Positions 10,772-22,264 of a stretch of 64,000 bases of DNA are shown piece after piece (within the stretch, counting starts at the first letter, position 1; each line of letters begins with the position of its first letter). A program made the position numbers and the translations under genes. The stretch is from Chloropicon primus. Taxonomy: Eukaryota. Below the pieces are notes generated by a model. It was not told where the DNA came from and ran no database searches. It was given only the letters and a program-made list of their open reading frames with translations. The DNA is taken from positions 434,001 through 498,000 of the forward strand of contig CP060769.1 in assembly GCA_023205875.1 (NCBI GenBank), read 5' to 3'.

Positions 10772-11528
10772 ATGACGGAGACCACCAAGTTGGAGCAGGA
10801 GATGCGGGGCTACGCCCAGAGGTAAGCCACGAGGTCGTCGAGGAGTATGAGTTGTGTGTCCACCAGGGTAGTATCCTATCTTCCGGCTCGTTTCGTGTTC
10901 CTTACGATTGCATTGCATTGGCTTTCCCACACACAGCTACAAGGTGCAGGCTCTGATGCAGCAGATGCTGACGGACATCTTCATCAACAAGCCTGACGAG
11001 CCTATTGAATACATGATACAGTGGCTGAGAGGCCACACCGAGGACGGTGCGGAGGGTGGTGTTACGGAGCCCACGACGACTGTGGACGCCCCGGCCCCAG
11101 CGGAAGAGGTCCAGGCCCCAGAGCCAGAGGCCGTTGTGGAGGTTGAGGAGCCTGCCGCCGCTGAGCCGGCTGCTGAGCCGGAACCAGAGCCAGAACCAGA
11201 ACCGGCCGAGGAACCGGAAGCAGCTGCAGAGGAAGCACCTGCGGCTGAGCCTGAAGTGGCAACGGGAGAGGCAGAAGCGGAGGAGACCCCTGCGGAGGAG
11301 AAGCCTGCAGAGGAAGCTGCCCCCGAGGCTCCATCAGAAGAGCCCAAGGAGGCCGAGGCGGCCGAGGAGGAGGAAGCGAAGCCAACGGAAGAGACCGCGG
11401 AGGAGGCCGCGCCGGAGCCTGAAGCCCCTGAGCCCGAAGCCCCTGCAGAGGAGACGGCCGAGCCCGAGGCAGCCCCAGAGGCCGCACCAGAGCCACAGGC
11501 CGAAGCCGAGGCGCCACCCGCGGAGTGA
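10772..11528 (+). CDS. Dpy-30/RIIa-type dimerisation-docking domain protein with a long E/A/P-rich tail; exons 10772-10821 and 10937-11528
   Basis: The spliced N-terminus EMRGYAQSYKVQALMQQMLTDIFINKPDEPIEYMIQWL matches the D/D fold pattern. Confidence 0.75.
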
Positions 11529-11999
11529 TAACGATAACGCACATCGATGAAGAGAGAAAAGCAAGAGGTATAGGTATAGGGAGAAGAAAGGAAAGTCAGT
11601 CTTGCTGTTTGGGAGATGAAGGGACAAAAGAAGAACGAAGCGCGCGTGTTGGTCATGAAATTAATCCCCTCCACGTTTGAAATCCATCATTGTTTCACTT
11701 GTATACCACGGCGACGACGACGAGGACAACGATCGAACGAGGACGAGGGAGGACTCATCACCATACGAAATAAAACTGAGCAAGTGAGGGCTCTTTGGAA
11801 AGATCAAGAGACAATGCATCCATCTGTCCATCCTCCTGTTTCCCTTCCTTCCCTCTCCCACCATCACCACCAACAACACCAACACCCAGCACCAACGCCA
11901 TCAGCAGCAGCACCAGCAGCACCAACGCCATCAGCAGCAGCTGCAAAGGAGAAGAGAGCGAGGCGTCCAGTCGCTTGGTTGACGTGAGTGGGATCGCGA

Positions 12000-13087
12000 A
12001 TGGCGATGGAGGAGGAGACCGCGTTGGTCATCGTCGTGGACGCGAGCCTCTTCGCTTGGCATTGCGTCCAAGGGAAAGGGAAAGAAGATGAGTTCACACT
12101 TGGGGATCTCGTCGAACACCTTCACGTGTTCCTCAATGCTTTGGTGCTCGTGAGGTCCACGACGAAGGTCGGCATCGTCGTCATGAACGAGAGGAAGGCA
12201 AGCCTCCTGCCGTTACGTTCGCTCGGGCGGCGTTGCCTCTGCGTTACGAGCGGCGGCGTCAACAACAAAGACGAGGACGAGATGACGACGAGGGGAAGAG
12301 GCAAAGTGTTGGAGGACCTGAAAACGAAGTTGTTGGGTTTGATCGAGAGGGAATACTTTGGGGATGGGCAAGAAGCACGAGGGGGAGGGCTAGAGGAAGG
12401 CAAGGGGTGTGCATTGTCTTCCGCGTACTCGAAATGTCTCTGCCTCCTGAGAAGGCATCTGGAATCCTGCGAGGAGGAACACGGTTTGGGTTATGGTTCT
12501 GGACCTGGGGAGGTGGACCTCGAAGGGTTAGAGAGGCAAAGGAGGACGAGGGTGTTGTTCTTGCACGGCTCTCAGGACGTGGCCAGCCAATACATTCAAG
12601 TGATGAATGCTTCTTTCTGTGCACAGAGGCTGGGGACGGTGGTGGACACCTTTATGCTGGGGAGGAGGGACTCGAGTTTTCTACAGCAGGCGGCGAGTAT
12701 AACGGGGGGGCTCTACACAAATTTCTTTGCCGATGCGGCCTCCAAGGACATCAAGAAGTTCTCCTTGTCCACGTACCTGATCCAAGTCTTTCTGGCGGAT
12801 TCCGGGACGAGGGCGGACCTCCAGCTTCCTCAAGGTGAGTGACGGCGGTCCACATGGATCCCGGGCGGTGCGGTGTCTGACGCGTCTCTCCTCTCTCCCC
12901 CGCAGGGCACTCGAACGCCAGCCTCAAGGTGACTTGCTTCCTCACCAAGAAGGCCCTGGACATCGGCTTCGTGTGCTCGGTGTGCCTATCCATCTTCAAC
13001 CAGAAGCTCCAGACGTGTGCCGTCTGCGGGACAGAATTCTCCGACAACAGGGCCTTGAAGAAGAAAGTGCTGTCGAGGCAGGGGTGA
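12000..13087 (+). CDS. TFB4: TFIIH subunit p34/Tfb4; exons 12000-12834 and 12906-13087
   Basis: vWA-like LVIVVD, SQYIQVMNASFCAQR and FLQQAASITGGLY. Exon 2 encodes the zinc finger GFVCSVCLSIF...CAVCGT. Confidence 0.93.
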
Positions 13088-13218
13088 TGGGCTGCTTGCT
13101 TCCTTGCTTTGGACTGTAAAGTAAATTGTACAATATTACATTATCTTTTGTTTCTTGTTGTTATATGATGATGTACAGCTCCTTTCTCGTTGCCGGGCCC
13201 ACCGGACTCCATCAGTCT

Positions 13219-14511
13219 TCAGTCGCTGCCCTCGTGGTCCCTCCAGAGGTCAGCGAACTCGTCAGGTGTCTTGGCGTTGCTCTCCTCGTGGAGCTTCCTC
13301 CTTTTCTTTGCCTTCACCTTTTGGACGTACCGCGAGGACTTGCCCTTCCTCTCGTCCGCTCTCATTACGTTCGGAGAGACGTACGAGGGGTTCTCGTAAA
13401 GCACTTGCCCCTTGAAGCTTCCGGCGAACATTTTGACCGGGTTCAGCACGAACCTCGGGCCGACCTCCACCAGCTTCATCTTCTCGAAGTTCGTCTTGGC
13501 CCTCTCGTCGCTCAGCACGATCTGGTAGTTCCTGAACCAGATCCTGTTGTCCGCGAACGTGAAGCTGAAGACGTGGTCGATGAAAGGCTTCGTCTTCTGG
13601 TGCTTCTTCGTGGACGACCCGAAGATCTGGGACAGGAGCTCCTTCAGCAGCTGGAGGTGGGGCTGCTCGTCGAACGAGCCGTCGAAGCTCAAGATCGCCC
13701 TTGACCCCTTCAAGTGGTTCCCCGTCAGCTTGAGCTCCGCCATGGTGTGGATGTTCTGCACGTGGAACTTGATCGAGGGCCCGTTGGGCGTCTTTGCCAT
13801 CCACAGGTACAAGTCCATCCGTTTCCTGACCTCGAACAATATGCAGCTCGTGCACCCCTTGAGCTCAGCAATCTCGTTCACCACATCCTTGTCCTTCTTC
13901 GTGTCGAGCTTGTTCTCCTTCTTTCCACTCGGCAGGAGCTGCAGCAGGTCCTGGAACAAGTGCCGGTGCCTGGGAGAGGAGCCAAGGAGGAGGAGGAGAA
14001 GAAAAGGTTTCATCCAGAAGGAGAAGGTCACGTCAGCGGATCGGATCGAGTGGCTGATTCCAGGTGGTGATTGAGGTCGGTGAAGCCTTCTTCTTCCTTT
14101 GTCTCAGACACAAGATTACACTAAATCACGGGTGGCTTGTGAAAGCCACTCCCTCATATGACACGCATGAATAGTAAAAAATCATTTCATCACGGACCAA
14201 AGAAGAAAGACAGAAAGGCGATGCTGCTGGTGCTGCCAATGGTGGTGATGGTGATGCTGCTGCTAGTGATGATGATGATGATGATGATGATAAGCAGCAG
14301 CAGCAGGAGGAGGAGGAGGAGGAGGAGAGAGTGTTGGGATGGGCATTGGGAATTTGTTGGGCTGGAGGAGGTCTTACCTGTGGGTGACACCCCTGGTGCA
14401 CAGGAGGAGGACTTTCTCGAGATCCTTGCGCTTCCTCTCCTTCGACTTCACGATGTCGAGCTCCCCATCGATGGAGACTCCTCCCCCTTTGACGCCTTTG
14501 GACCTCACCAT
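13219..14511 (-). CDS. BRX1: Ribosome biogenesis protein BRX1 (Brix domain); exons 14511-14378 and 13969-13219
   Basis: KVLLLCTRGVTH|RHRHLFQDL, LYLWMAKTPNGPSIKF, ELKLTGNHLKGSR, IWFRNYQI, LVEVGPRFVLNP. Confidence 0.95.
14098..14200 (-). ncRNA. Intronic box C/D snoRNA, mgU6-77/SNORD10-like
   Basis: C box GTGATGA (14193-14187), D' ATGA (14157-14154), internal hairpin, C' GTGATTT (14129-14123), D CTGA (14107-14104), terminal stem. The D' guide CTATTCATGCGTGTCAT is complementary to U6 AUGACACGCA and to LSU rRNA GUGACGCGCAUGAAUGG. Confidence 0.85.
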
Positions 14512-15840
14512 GCCTCTGCACGACAACGAGCACAAGGGGAGCACGTTTCAGTCTCTGACATGACCGAATGAACGTCATTCTTCTCAACCAAGAGGTCATT
14601 GGAAAGCTCACGAGACGATCTTTCGAAAGGTGTGACCTTCATGTCGAGAATATCCCAAATTACGTCGACAACTCGGCCACAAACTCACCTCGTTCCAATC
14701 AATCCCCCTTCGCCCCCTTTTTCGAGAATGAATGCGCCGCCTCCAGGGGGTCGAAAAAAGAATGCACCGTACACTCATGAAAACACATTCGCCACGAGAC
14801 ACTTCAGATATGTTCTGTACTAGACATTACTCACACAGAATATTTTCTCTTTTGACTCTTTTGTTCGGTTTCGTTCCAGGAAGGGTAACGAAATCTTGAA
14901 GAGAGGATCTTGCGGTTCAAGAACAGAAGCTGCGGTCGTGGAGGGTTCGCATTAACGTGCGATTTGTACACCGCTCACGTGTTTGGCAAGAGCGGAGAGC
15001 GGACGGGAACGAAGCGAAAGAGAGGTAAGTTCGCGCACCTCTGCACGACGGAGGACCCAAGGAAAACGAGTGAGGGTGGCATCAAACGAAGCGTCTCGTC
15101 GAGACCTTTCGAACGAGCTCGGTCTCGAAGCGAATGGCGCCAGGATGAGGATTTGCCGAGGGACTGACGTCGATGCACGTATGCTTGGTCTGTTCTTTGG
15201 ATGGAGCAGGTGAGTTCGAGGCCGGGACGGAGGGAGCGTAACGCCTGGAAGCCGCGCGCGGACGTTACGAAGGCCTTGATCGTGTCATGATCTTTCGAAA
15301 GAGCCCTCGCGCGAAACGATTGGCCCAAGGGATGACACGCGAAGCCTTTCGAAGGGACTGACACCCTTTTTTTTTTTTTTTTTTTCGGGTTCTTTGGTGC
15401 TTGGGATGGGAACCAAGGTAAGCTCCAGCGTAACGCCTCCTCCGCGTAACGCCTCGGTCTTTTTCCCTTAACGCTCCCCTTTCGACGGAGGCGGAGCAGG
15501 ACTTTGGCAAGGGGGAGACTGACGTTTTCTTTGCAAACCAGTTTGAAGGTTTTTTTTTTTTGTCTCAAGAGGCGGAGGAGAACGCCTTAGCAAGTCGTGG
15601 ACTTGGCCCAGACCTCCGAGAAAGGGAAGACCGGAGCACACACCCGTCGTCTGAGACGTCTCAGTGAAGTGTGGTCTTTCTGGCTCTGGCTTTGGCTCGA
15701 CGGTGTGTTCGGGAAAGGAAACACAGCAACAACCAGCCAGCCAGCCAGCCAGCCAGCGACGGCAACAGCAGCAAACACCCCAGAGCATGAGAAGCGAGGC
15801 TTGAGGAAATCGAGGGGTTCTTAACGTTGTTTTCTTCGCC

Positions 15841-17055
15841 ATGCTGAACGGAGCGCAGGAGGGCTCCGCGCCGCAGGGCGACGGGAAGCAGGAGCAGGCA
15901 CGGCCTGCGCAGGCGTCCCAACCGCAGGCGGGGACGACGAAGAAGAAGGTCCGCAAGCCGTACACGATCACGAAGCAGAGAGAGTCGTGGACGATGCAGG
16001 AGCATGAGAAATTCGTCGAGGCGCTGAAGCTCTTCGAGCGGGACTGGAAGCGGATAGAGAAGCACATAGGGACGAAGACCGTGATACAGATCCGGTCTCA
16101 TGCTCAAAAGTACTTTCTCAAGGTCCAGAAGAGCGGGAACGGGGAGCACGTTCCCCCGCCGAGGCCGAAGAAGAAGTCCAAGGTGCCCTACCCGCACAAG
16201 GAGGTGACCTCCGGTGGGGGGCGGAGCGGGTCCGGCGCGGGCGGGGCGCAGCGCCAGAGAGGAGCAAAGGGTGCCGCCGCGGGGGCGGCCTCGCACCCGG
16301 CCCAAGGGCAGGGAGCGGCCTCCAAGGGGAAGGGGAGGTCGAATCGGGGGGCAAAGTCCGGGGGGAAGGGCGGGAAGGTGGGGGCGGGGAAGGACAAGGT
16401 TGCGGGAAAGAGGGAGACCGGCGACTTCCCGAAGCTCTACCGCTTCCTCAGCAAGCTCTTCGACCCCAGGAGGGACGGGAGCGACAAACCGGGCTCTGGA
16501 AAGGGCAGCGGGGGGTACGGCAGCAACACGGACGCGAAAGCGAGCGGGAAGAAGTCCGCAACCAAGTCGGACCGGGTCCTGGACCAGCTGGTCAAGGAGG
16601 TGGAAGCCTTCCCCAGAGTGGACAAGGAGGTTTGCATGCTCCTCATGTACAACTTGTCGGGTAACTTGCAGAGCAGGGAGATGTGGGCGCAGCAGCAGAA
16701 CCTCATGAACTGGGGCCTGCCGAACATCATGAACAACACAGGAAGGAACGTGTACTCGTCGCAACTCCAGCTCGACAGCCAGAGCATGGGGCAGGTGCAG
16801 ACCTCGAGGAGCGTCAACGTGCCGTCTCTGCAGCACCAACCCGGCGAGGCCATGGGCCAGGTGGGGACCAGCCCTTCCCCAGTCAACCTGCAAGCGGATG
16901 CTCTGAACATGTCGGCGACCATGAGCAAACCGCAGCTCAAGCTGGACGTGGACAGCCTTGTCAAGGACTCGAAGGACTCCAGCAACAACAACAACAACAA
17001 CAGCAGCAGCAGCAAGATGAACCAGGACGGCAACGCCATGACGGACTCGAGCTGA
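15841..17055 (+). CDS. REVEILLE/LCL-type SHAQKYF MYB transcription factor (RVE8-like)
   Basis: [16 protein letters not shown]...[16 protein letters not shown]...[10 protein letters not shown], plus the LCL domain [15 protein letters not shown]...[12 protein letters not shown]. Confidence 0.92.
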   Translation: MLNGAQEGSAPQGDGKQEQARPAQASQPQAGTTKKKVRKPYTITKQRESWTMQEHEKFVEALKLFERDWKRIEKHIGTKTVIQIRSHAQKYFLKVQKSGNGEHVPPPRPKKKSKVPYPHKEVTSGGGRSGSGAGGAQRQRGAKGAAAGAASHPAQGQGAASKGKGRSNRGAKSGGKGGKVGAGKDKVAGKRETGDFPKLYRFLSKLFDPRRDGSDKPGSGKGSGGYGSNTDAKASGKKSATKSDRVLDQLVKEVEAFPRVDKEVCMLLMYNLSGNLQSREMWAQQQNLMNWGLPNIMNNTGRNVYSSQLQLDSQSMGQVQTSRSVNVPSLQHQPGEAMGQVGTSPSPVNLQADALNMSATMSKPQLKLDVDSLVKDSKDSSNNNNNNSSSSKMNQDGNAMTDSS

Positions 17056-17110
17056 GGTTGTTGGCGTGGCGCATCTGGCTCCAGATGACTTGTACTCATA
17101 CACCGGATTG

Positions 17111-17143
<33 letters not shown>

Positions 17144-17450
17144 CTCGAGGGCTTTTGGCGCCTCCTTTGGGTGCTGTTCTCCACGGCAGCAAGGCGACGT
17201 CTGCCGAGTGAGTGAGTTGGAGATGGAGTTCGCAGTTTTCTTTGCTAATGTAATCAATTTTTGAAGTTAGTATGAATATATTAAGAAGAAATTTCTCCTC
17301 GACGCGACGGGTGTGCTCGACCAGCTTGTTCCTCTCGAGAGCGTGCGCGCGGACAACGGAGTGCCCCGCCCCACCCGCGGCCACGACGACGCGGCGCCAC
17401 GAAAGTCGCCCACCAAAACTTCCACTTGTTTCCAAACTCCAAGGAATCGC

Positions 17451-18045
17451 TCAGTGTCCAGAGCACTTGTCCAAGAAAACCTTCTCTTCAACCTCGCTGA
17501 AGTCCGTTCCCTGGATCTCCACCTGAATACCATCGAGCTCCCTCTTGAACTTGTCCTTGCTCGAAGCGTAAAGCATCTTGTTCCTGATCTTCGCAGTATC
17601 CGGAACCCAAGTCACAAAAACGATCTTGCTCTTCTTGCAGCCGTCCTTCGTCTCCCACTCGAAGTCGAACACGGCATACCTTCACGCCATTTCATTCCAA
17701 TCCATCAAACAAACCATCAGCATCACGAAATGGAGTGAAAGAAACGAGAGATGGAGAGAGAGAAGAGAGAGAGAGAGAGAAGAGAGAGAGAAAGAAAGAA
17801 AGAGACGGAGAGGGAGAGGGAGGCGCGACGTATCGTGACGCTCGCGCGATGCCTTACCTTGGATCGTTCTCAGGGAGAGCTTCGGTGAACTCGTCAAAGC
17901 CTGCGTTCGGTGCTCCCTCATTCGCGACGACGATGCAGTCGTTGTCAATTTTGTACGTGACATACTTGTACTTTCTCTTGGACTTGAGGTCCTTGAACTT
18001 CAAGACGCAAGCGTCGTCCACTGGAGTTCCTGCTGCGCTCGCCAT
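17451..18045 (-). CDS. ADF: Actin-depolymerizing factor/cofilin; exons 18045-17858 and 17679-17451
   Basis: [48 protein letters not shown]. Confidence 0.95.
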
Positions 18046-18564
18046 GGTTCGTTCCTCGTCGGTCGCGTCGCGTCGCGTCGGTCGCCGTCCTCTCAAGCAA
18101 AGTGGTTCGCTCGTGCGGTCGGCGGAAAACCTAATTCAAACTAAAACGATACTTTTCCCCAGACAGAGAGAGCGAGAGAGAGAAGAGGCAGAGGAGAGGG
18201 GGAGGGGAGGAGGAAGAGGAGGAGAGGGAGAGGAGGACAAGGGGCAGAGGAAGGAGCGTCTCTTGTCTCTTCTTCCTCTTTTTTCGATAGAGCCATCTCT
18301 TGCTGACCACGAAAGGTGAACGAAGCAGCAAGCAGAGGAGAGAGAGAGAGGGGGAGAGGGATTGCTTCTCATTGTTTCTTGGTTTGTTTCGAGGAAGGAT
18401 GTAATCGTGTGACCCGCATTACCTAACCTGTTTTTTTGGGTTTCAAAGAAGGAAGGAAGGGGAAGTTTGGGTTCAAGAGCAATCCAAAAGCAGGAAGGAG
18501 CCCCTTTCGCTTTCGCTTTCAGCTTCTTGGAGTTTCCTTAAGGCAATGCAATGCTTTCCTCCTC

Positions 18565-18605
<41 letters not shown>

Positions 18606-19259
18606 GATACGCTCTTCTCTTCTCTTTCTCTGCTTCGCGTTCCTTTCCTTGGAGTTTCCTCAAGGCTTTCATCCCTCCTCCATCTCAAGGGAAGCAGTTG
18701 ACCGTTCTCCCCTCCTCGAGAAACCTCGCTCTCGCTCCTCCGTACCAATTTCATCTTACATCTTGGATCGCTTGGGAGGAATTGACCACCGCTCGAGGAA
18801 ATCTAACGAAAGGAACACCCTGAAGAACGTCTAACACGAAATAGATCAGATCATAGAATGTCTTCCAAAGAATCGTTGGGTTCCCCGGGCCGTTGGACCG
18901 GGAAGGGGAGGGCCTTCACGACGAGCCCAAAGACGAGCATAGTCGACCGACGACTTGGGAGGAAGCAGAGAGAGGGACAGAGGCAGGACAAAGGCGAAGA
19001 CTTGTCTCGCTTGCTGGATTCCATCAACGTGTCAAGCTTGAAAAAAAAAAGAAGAAGAACAAGAATACCTTTCACTCGAGTGGAAACTCGAATCATCATT
19101 AATTAACGCCCGAGTATCCAAGGACCTTGCTTGCTTGCTTGGCCAAGGTTTCCATTTGTTGTGGAGGGGAGGACAGGAGAGGCTTGTGGAAGGAACTTGC
19201 TAGGTTCTAGGTTCTTTTTGATTTTTTTTTAGGTTGTTGTTGTTGGGGAAGAAAGAAAG

Positions 19260-20822
19260 ATGGTGTCCGCACAAAGCAGTCGCGCGAGCTCGAGGGGTTC
19301 GACCTCTCACAGGTACAGGACCGTGAGCAAGGGCTCGGAAGTGGACGAGTCTCTGTTCGGCAGCACCAAGCCAGGAGCGAGGACGATGAGCAAGGGCACG
19401 AAGAAGAAGGTGCAGATCGAGTCCATTCATACGGCTCAGCCCACGTTTCCTATCGAGAGCCTGGAGAATGTGACGATAAGCGGTTCTGACTTGCACAGGA
19501 TGAGAGGAAGCTCGAACATCCTGAGTCCCGAGCAAGTTGCTGCAATTAAGAAGGCTAAGATGGCTGCCCGAGAGAAGGAGCTTGCCCAGAGCAAGCTGAG
19601 GAAGCAGCAGATGCTGAAGCTTGAGGAGGAGAGGAAGAAGCGGATGCCTCCGACGGAGACGGAGAGGCTCAAGCTTCTGAGTGACCAGAAGACTCTGTCC
19701 AGGGCGGAGTACCTTCAGCAGGAGGAGCACGACGACGTGAAGAGCATGAACCGCATGCTGCTTTACGCCAAGTGCGTGACGATCAGGGACCAGCAGATCA
19801 TGGACAAGCAGAGGATGATGGAAGCGGAGGAGGAGGAGGAGAGGAAGATGGACCTGGTGATGGAAATCGAGAGGATCAAGGCCCTGCAGGCGTACGGGGA
19901 GCGCGAGGTCCAGCGGGCCGCGGAGAGGAAGCGCGGCGCACAGATCCTGAACATGCAGATCCAGGAGAGAGAGAAGGACCGCATCAGGCTGGAGGAGCTG
20001 AGGGACCAGGAGAGGGAGCACATGCTTGCTGAGATCGACCGGATGAAGGCGGAGGAGAAGAAGAGGGTTCTGGAGAAGAAGGACCAGGGCAGGAGAATGC
20101 TGGAGGAGGTTGCCGCCAGCAACAGGGAGCAGATCGAGAGGAAGAAGCTCATCAAGATTGCTGAGGAGGAGGAGGACAGGCGAATCACTCGGTACCTCAA
20201 GGAGAAGGACGCCAAGGAGCAGGCCCTGCTTCAGGAGAAGGAGCGCATCGCCAAGGAGAAGGAGTTGGAGACTGCGAGGCTCAGAGCCCAGCAGGAGAAG
20301 GTCAAGGACAGGCAAGCGGAGCTGGACGAGCTCAGGGCGAGGAGGGCGCAGGAGGCATACGAGAGGGAGTGGAGAGAGAAGGAGAGGAGGGAGATCGAGA
20401 GGGTCAGGAAGATTCACAAGGACCTCGCGGAAAGCAGAGAGTCCCAGAAGCAGTACAAGCTCAAGCAGCTTGCTGACATGGCCGCCATGGAGGAGCTCGA
20501 CTTCAAGAGGATCATCCAGGCCAACAGGGCCAAGGACAAGGAGGAGAACCATGCCCACTTGCAGCAGATGGAGATCAGGACGAACCACAGGGACGAGCTC
20601 CTGGCCCAGATCCAAGCGAACGAGGAGTTCAGAGGAAAGGAGAGGAAGGAGTACCTCGAGGAGGGCAAGAAGCTGAGGCAGCAGCACTTGGAGGAGAAGA
20701 TGAAGTTGGAGCACATCAAGTCCAGGAAGCTGAAAGAGCTTGAGGAGCTCGGCGTCCCTGACAAGTACAGAGCAGAGCTCGAGAGGAAGAGAGTGCTGGA
20801 GCTCAACGTCACCAGCGGTTGA
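19260..20822 (+). CDS. CFAP45: Cilia- and flagella-associated protein 45 (TPH coiled-coil domain)
   Basis: EEHDDVKSMNRMLLYAKCVTIRDQQI, KELETARLRAQQEK, DELRARRAQEAYEREWREKE and LGVPDKYRAEL are characteristic of FAP45/CCDC19. Confidence 0.88.
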   Translation: MVSAQSSRASSRGSTSHRYRTVSKGSEVDESLFGSTKPGARTMSKGTKKKVQIESIHTAQPTFPIESLENVTISGSDLHRMRGSSNILSPEQVAAIKKAKMAAREKELAQSKLRKQQMLKLEEERKKRMPPTETERLKLLSDQKTLSRAEYLQQEEHDDVKSMNRMLLYAKCVTIRDQQIMDKQRMMEAEEEEERKMDLVMEIERIKALQAYGEREVQRAAERKRGAQILNMQIQEREKDRIRLEELRDQEREHMLAEIDRMKAEEKKRVLEKKDQGRRMLEEVAASNREQIERKKLIKIAEEEEDRRITRYLKEKDAKEQALLQEKERIAKEKELETARLRAQQEKVKDRQAELDELRARRAQEAYEREWREKERREIERVRKIHKDLAESRESQKQYKLKQLADMAAMEELDFKRIIQANRAKDKEENHAHLQQMEIRTNHRDELLAQIQANEEFRGKERKEYLEEGKKLRQQHLEEKMKLEHIKSRKLKELEELGVPDKYRAELERKRVLELNVTSG

Positions 20823-20941
20823 TCACCCAAGCATTGATCCCTCTTCAATATGAATTAGATCGCACCCCTAAATACGAAACGAAATCCAGGACTCATTGTA
20901 TTGATACAACTATATTTTAAATGGTGGTGACCCACTCCCCT

Positions 20942-22264
20942 TCAGTTCGAGACCACGTCCAAGAGGCCCAGCTTGGCGAGCTCCCTCTGCCCCGCGTCAA
21001 AGTTCACCTGCTCCAGCGCGAACAGCTCCGGCGCGGGGATCTCATCCGAGCCGAATTCGTACGAGTTGTAGTCGCACAGCGTGGGGTCCAGGTGCCAAGA
21101 GTTCGTGCCGTCCTTCCCGTAGTACACCTTGGCGTAACCCAAGTCCAGGAACAGGTGAGCGACCCACTTGGACCTCAGGCCCGTGTTGCAGATGAGGACG
21201 ATGACGTCGTGCGACGCCGGCTTGGGGTGCCGAAACTTCTTCTCCCACTCCTCCTCGCTCAGGTGAAGCCCGTGAGGCGTGTGGCCCGAGGGGAGGTGCT
21301 TCGCTCCCTCAAAGGTCCCGAAGAGCGAGAGCTCGTCGTGCCTCCTCACGTCGTACACGTGCGTCCGCGCGACCACTGGGCTCCCCTTGGCCGGGCTCGC
21401 TTGCTGCTTGCCACCCTTCCGCTCGCTCAGCTGCCTGGTCTTGCTCAGGTACATGAGGCTGAATATCCCGTCCCTCGTGATTCCCTCCACGCCAGCCTGG
21501 GAGCTGGCGCCCTCTTTCTCCCCCCCGCCCAGGGACTGCGCTCCCCCCTTGACGTACACGCACCGAAAGCCCAGCTCGCACGTGTAGCTCGCGAACTGCT
21601 CGATGCGCTCGTCGCCCTCGTCCGACACGAGGACGACCAGATCCGTCCTCCTGAGCTGCTGCTGGCTCTTCTCCTCGTCCCCGAGCTCCGAAGAGGAGCG
21701 GTGGCTGTCCTCGGCCATCCGCTCCAGGGATCCGATCGTCGGCCGCCTCGTGGTCGAAGACCCCGCCGCCGTCGTCGTGTTGTTCAGGGCTCTCGGCGCG
21801 AGGGACCGCAGCAGGAGGTCCTTGAGCGCCCGCTCCGGGAGGCACCGCGCCTGGGCCAGGATTCCGTCCTGGGTCTCCGCCACCAGAGGTTCCTCCTCGG
21901 CGGATGACCCGCTGGATGACCCGCTGGATGACCCCCCGCTTCCGTCCTCCGTCGTCGTCGTCGACGACCTCGCCACCTCCTTCTCCTCCCGATACACCCT
22001 GAACACCACGAACCCCACCGGCCTCTCCTCCACCAGATACCTGAAAGCCGCCGATGAGATCGCCACCGAGGCGAACTTGCCCCTCCTCCTCTTGTTCAAG
22101 AGACGGGACAACAGGTAATTGAGTCCAGCCAAGTTGAACCTGTTGCTCGTGTCCTGCAAGATGTTCCTCAACGCCGCGCCTCTCAGCGCACGGATTCCCC
22201 ACGCCAGCAGCGTCAGCGACAATGCCGTCGTCAGGGAACCCCCTGACGTTATCGTGAACGCCAT
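20942..22264 (-). CDS. Rhodanese-domain protein (degenerate first domain, Cys-containing second domain) with a hydrophobic N-terminus
   Basis: YDVRRHDE...GTFEGAKHLP...VLICNTGLRS...LGYAKVYYGKDG. An upstream LGFRCVYVKGG signature marks the first domain. Confidence 0.8.
   Translation of the reverse strand: MAFTITSGGSLTTALSLTLLAWGIRALRGAALRNILQDTSNRFNLAGLNYLLSRLLNKRRRGKFASVAISSAAFRYLVEERPVGFVVFRVYREEKEVARSSTTTTEDGSGGSSSGSSSGSSAEEEPLVAETQDGILAQARCLPERALKDLLLRSLAPRALNNTTTAAGSSTTRRPTIGSLERMAEDSHRSSSELGDEEKSQQQLRRTDLVVLVSDEGDERIEQFASYTCELGFRCVYVKGGAQSLGGGEKEGASSQAGVEGITRDGIFSLMYLSKTRQLSERKGGKQQASPAKGSPVVARTHVYDVRRHDELSLFGTFEGAKHLPSGHTPHGLHLSEEEWEKKFRHPKPASHDVIVLICNTGLRSKWVAHLFLDLGYAKVYYGKDGTNSWHLDPTLCDYNSYEFGSDEIPAPELFALEQVNFDAGQRELAKLGLLDVVSN

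Noticed and set aside
19200..20714. Long antisense ORFs (504 aa here; also 7299-8915, 15661-17184, 29531-31282, 35999-37798, 50796-52262)
   Set aside because: They are shadows of strongly codon-biased sense genes and carry no recognisable domains.
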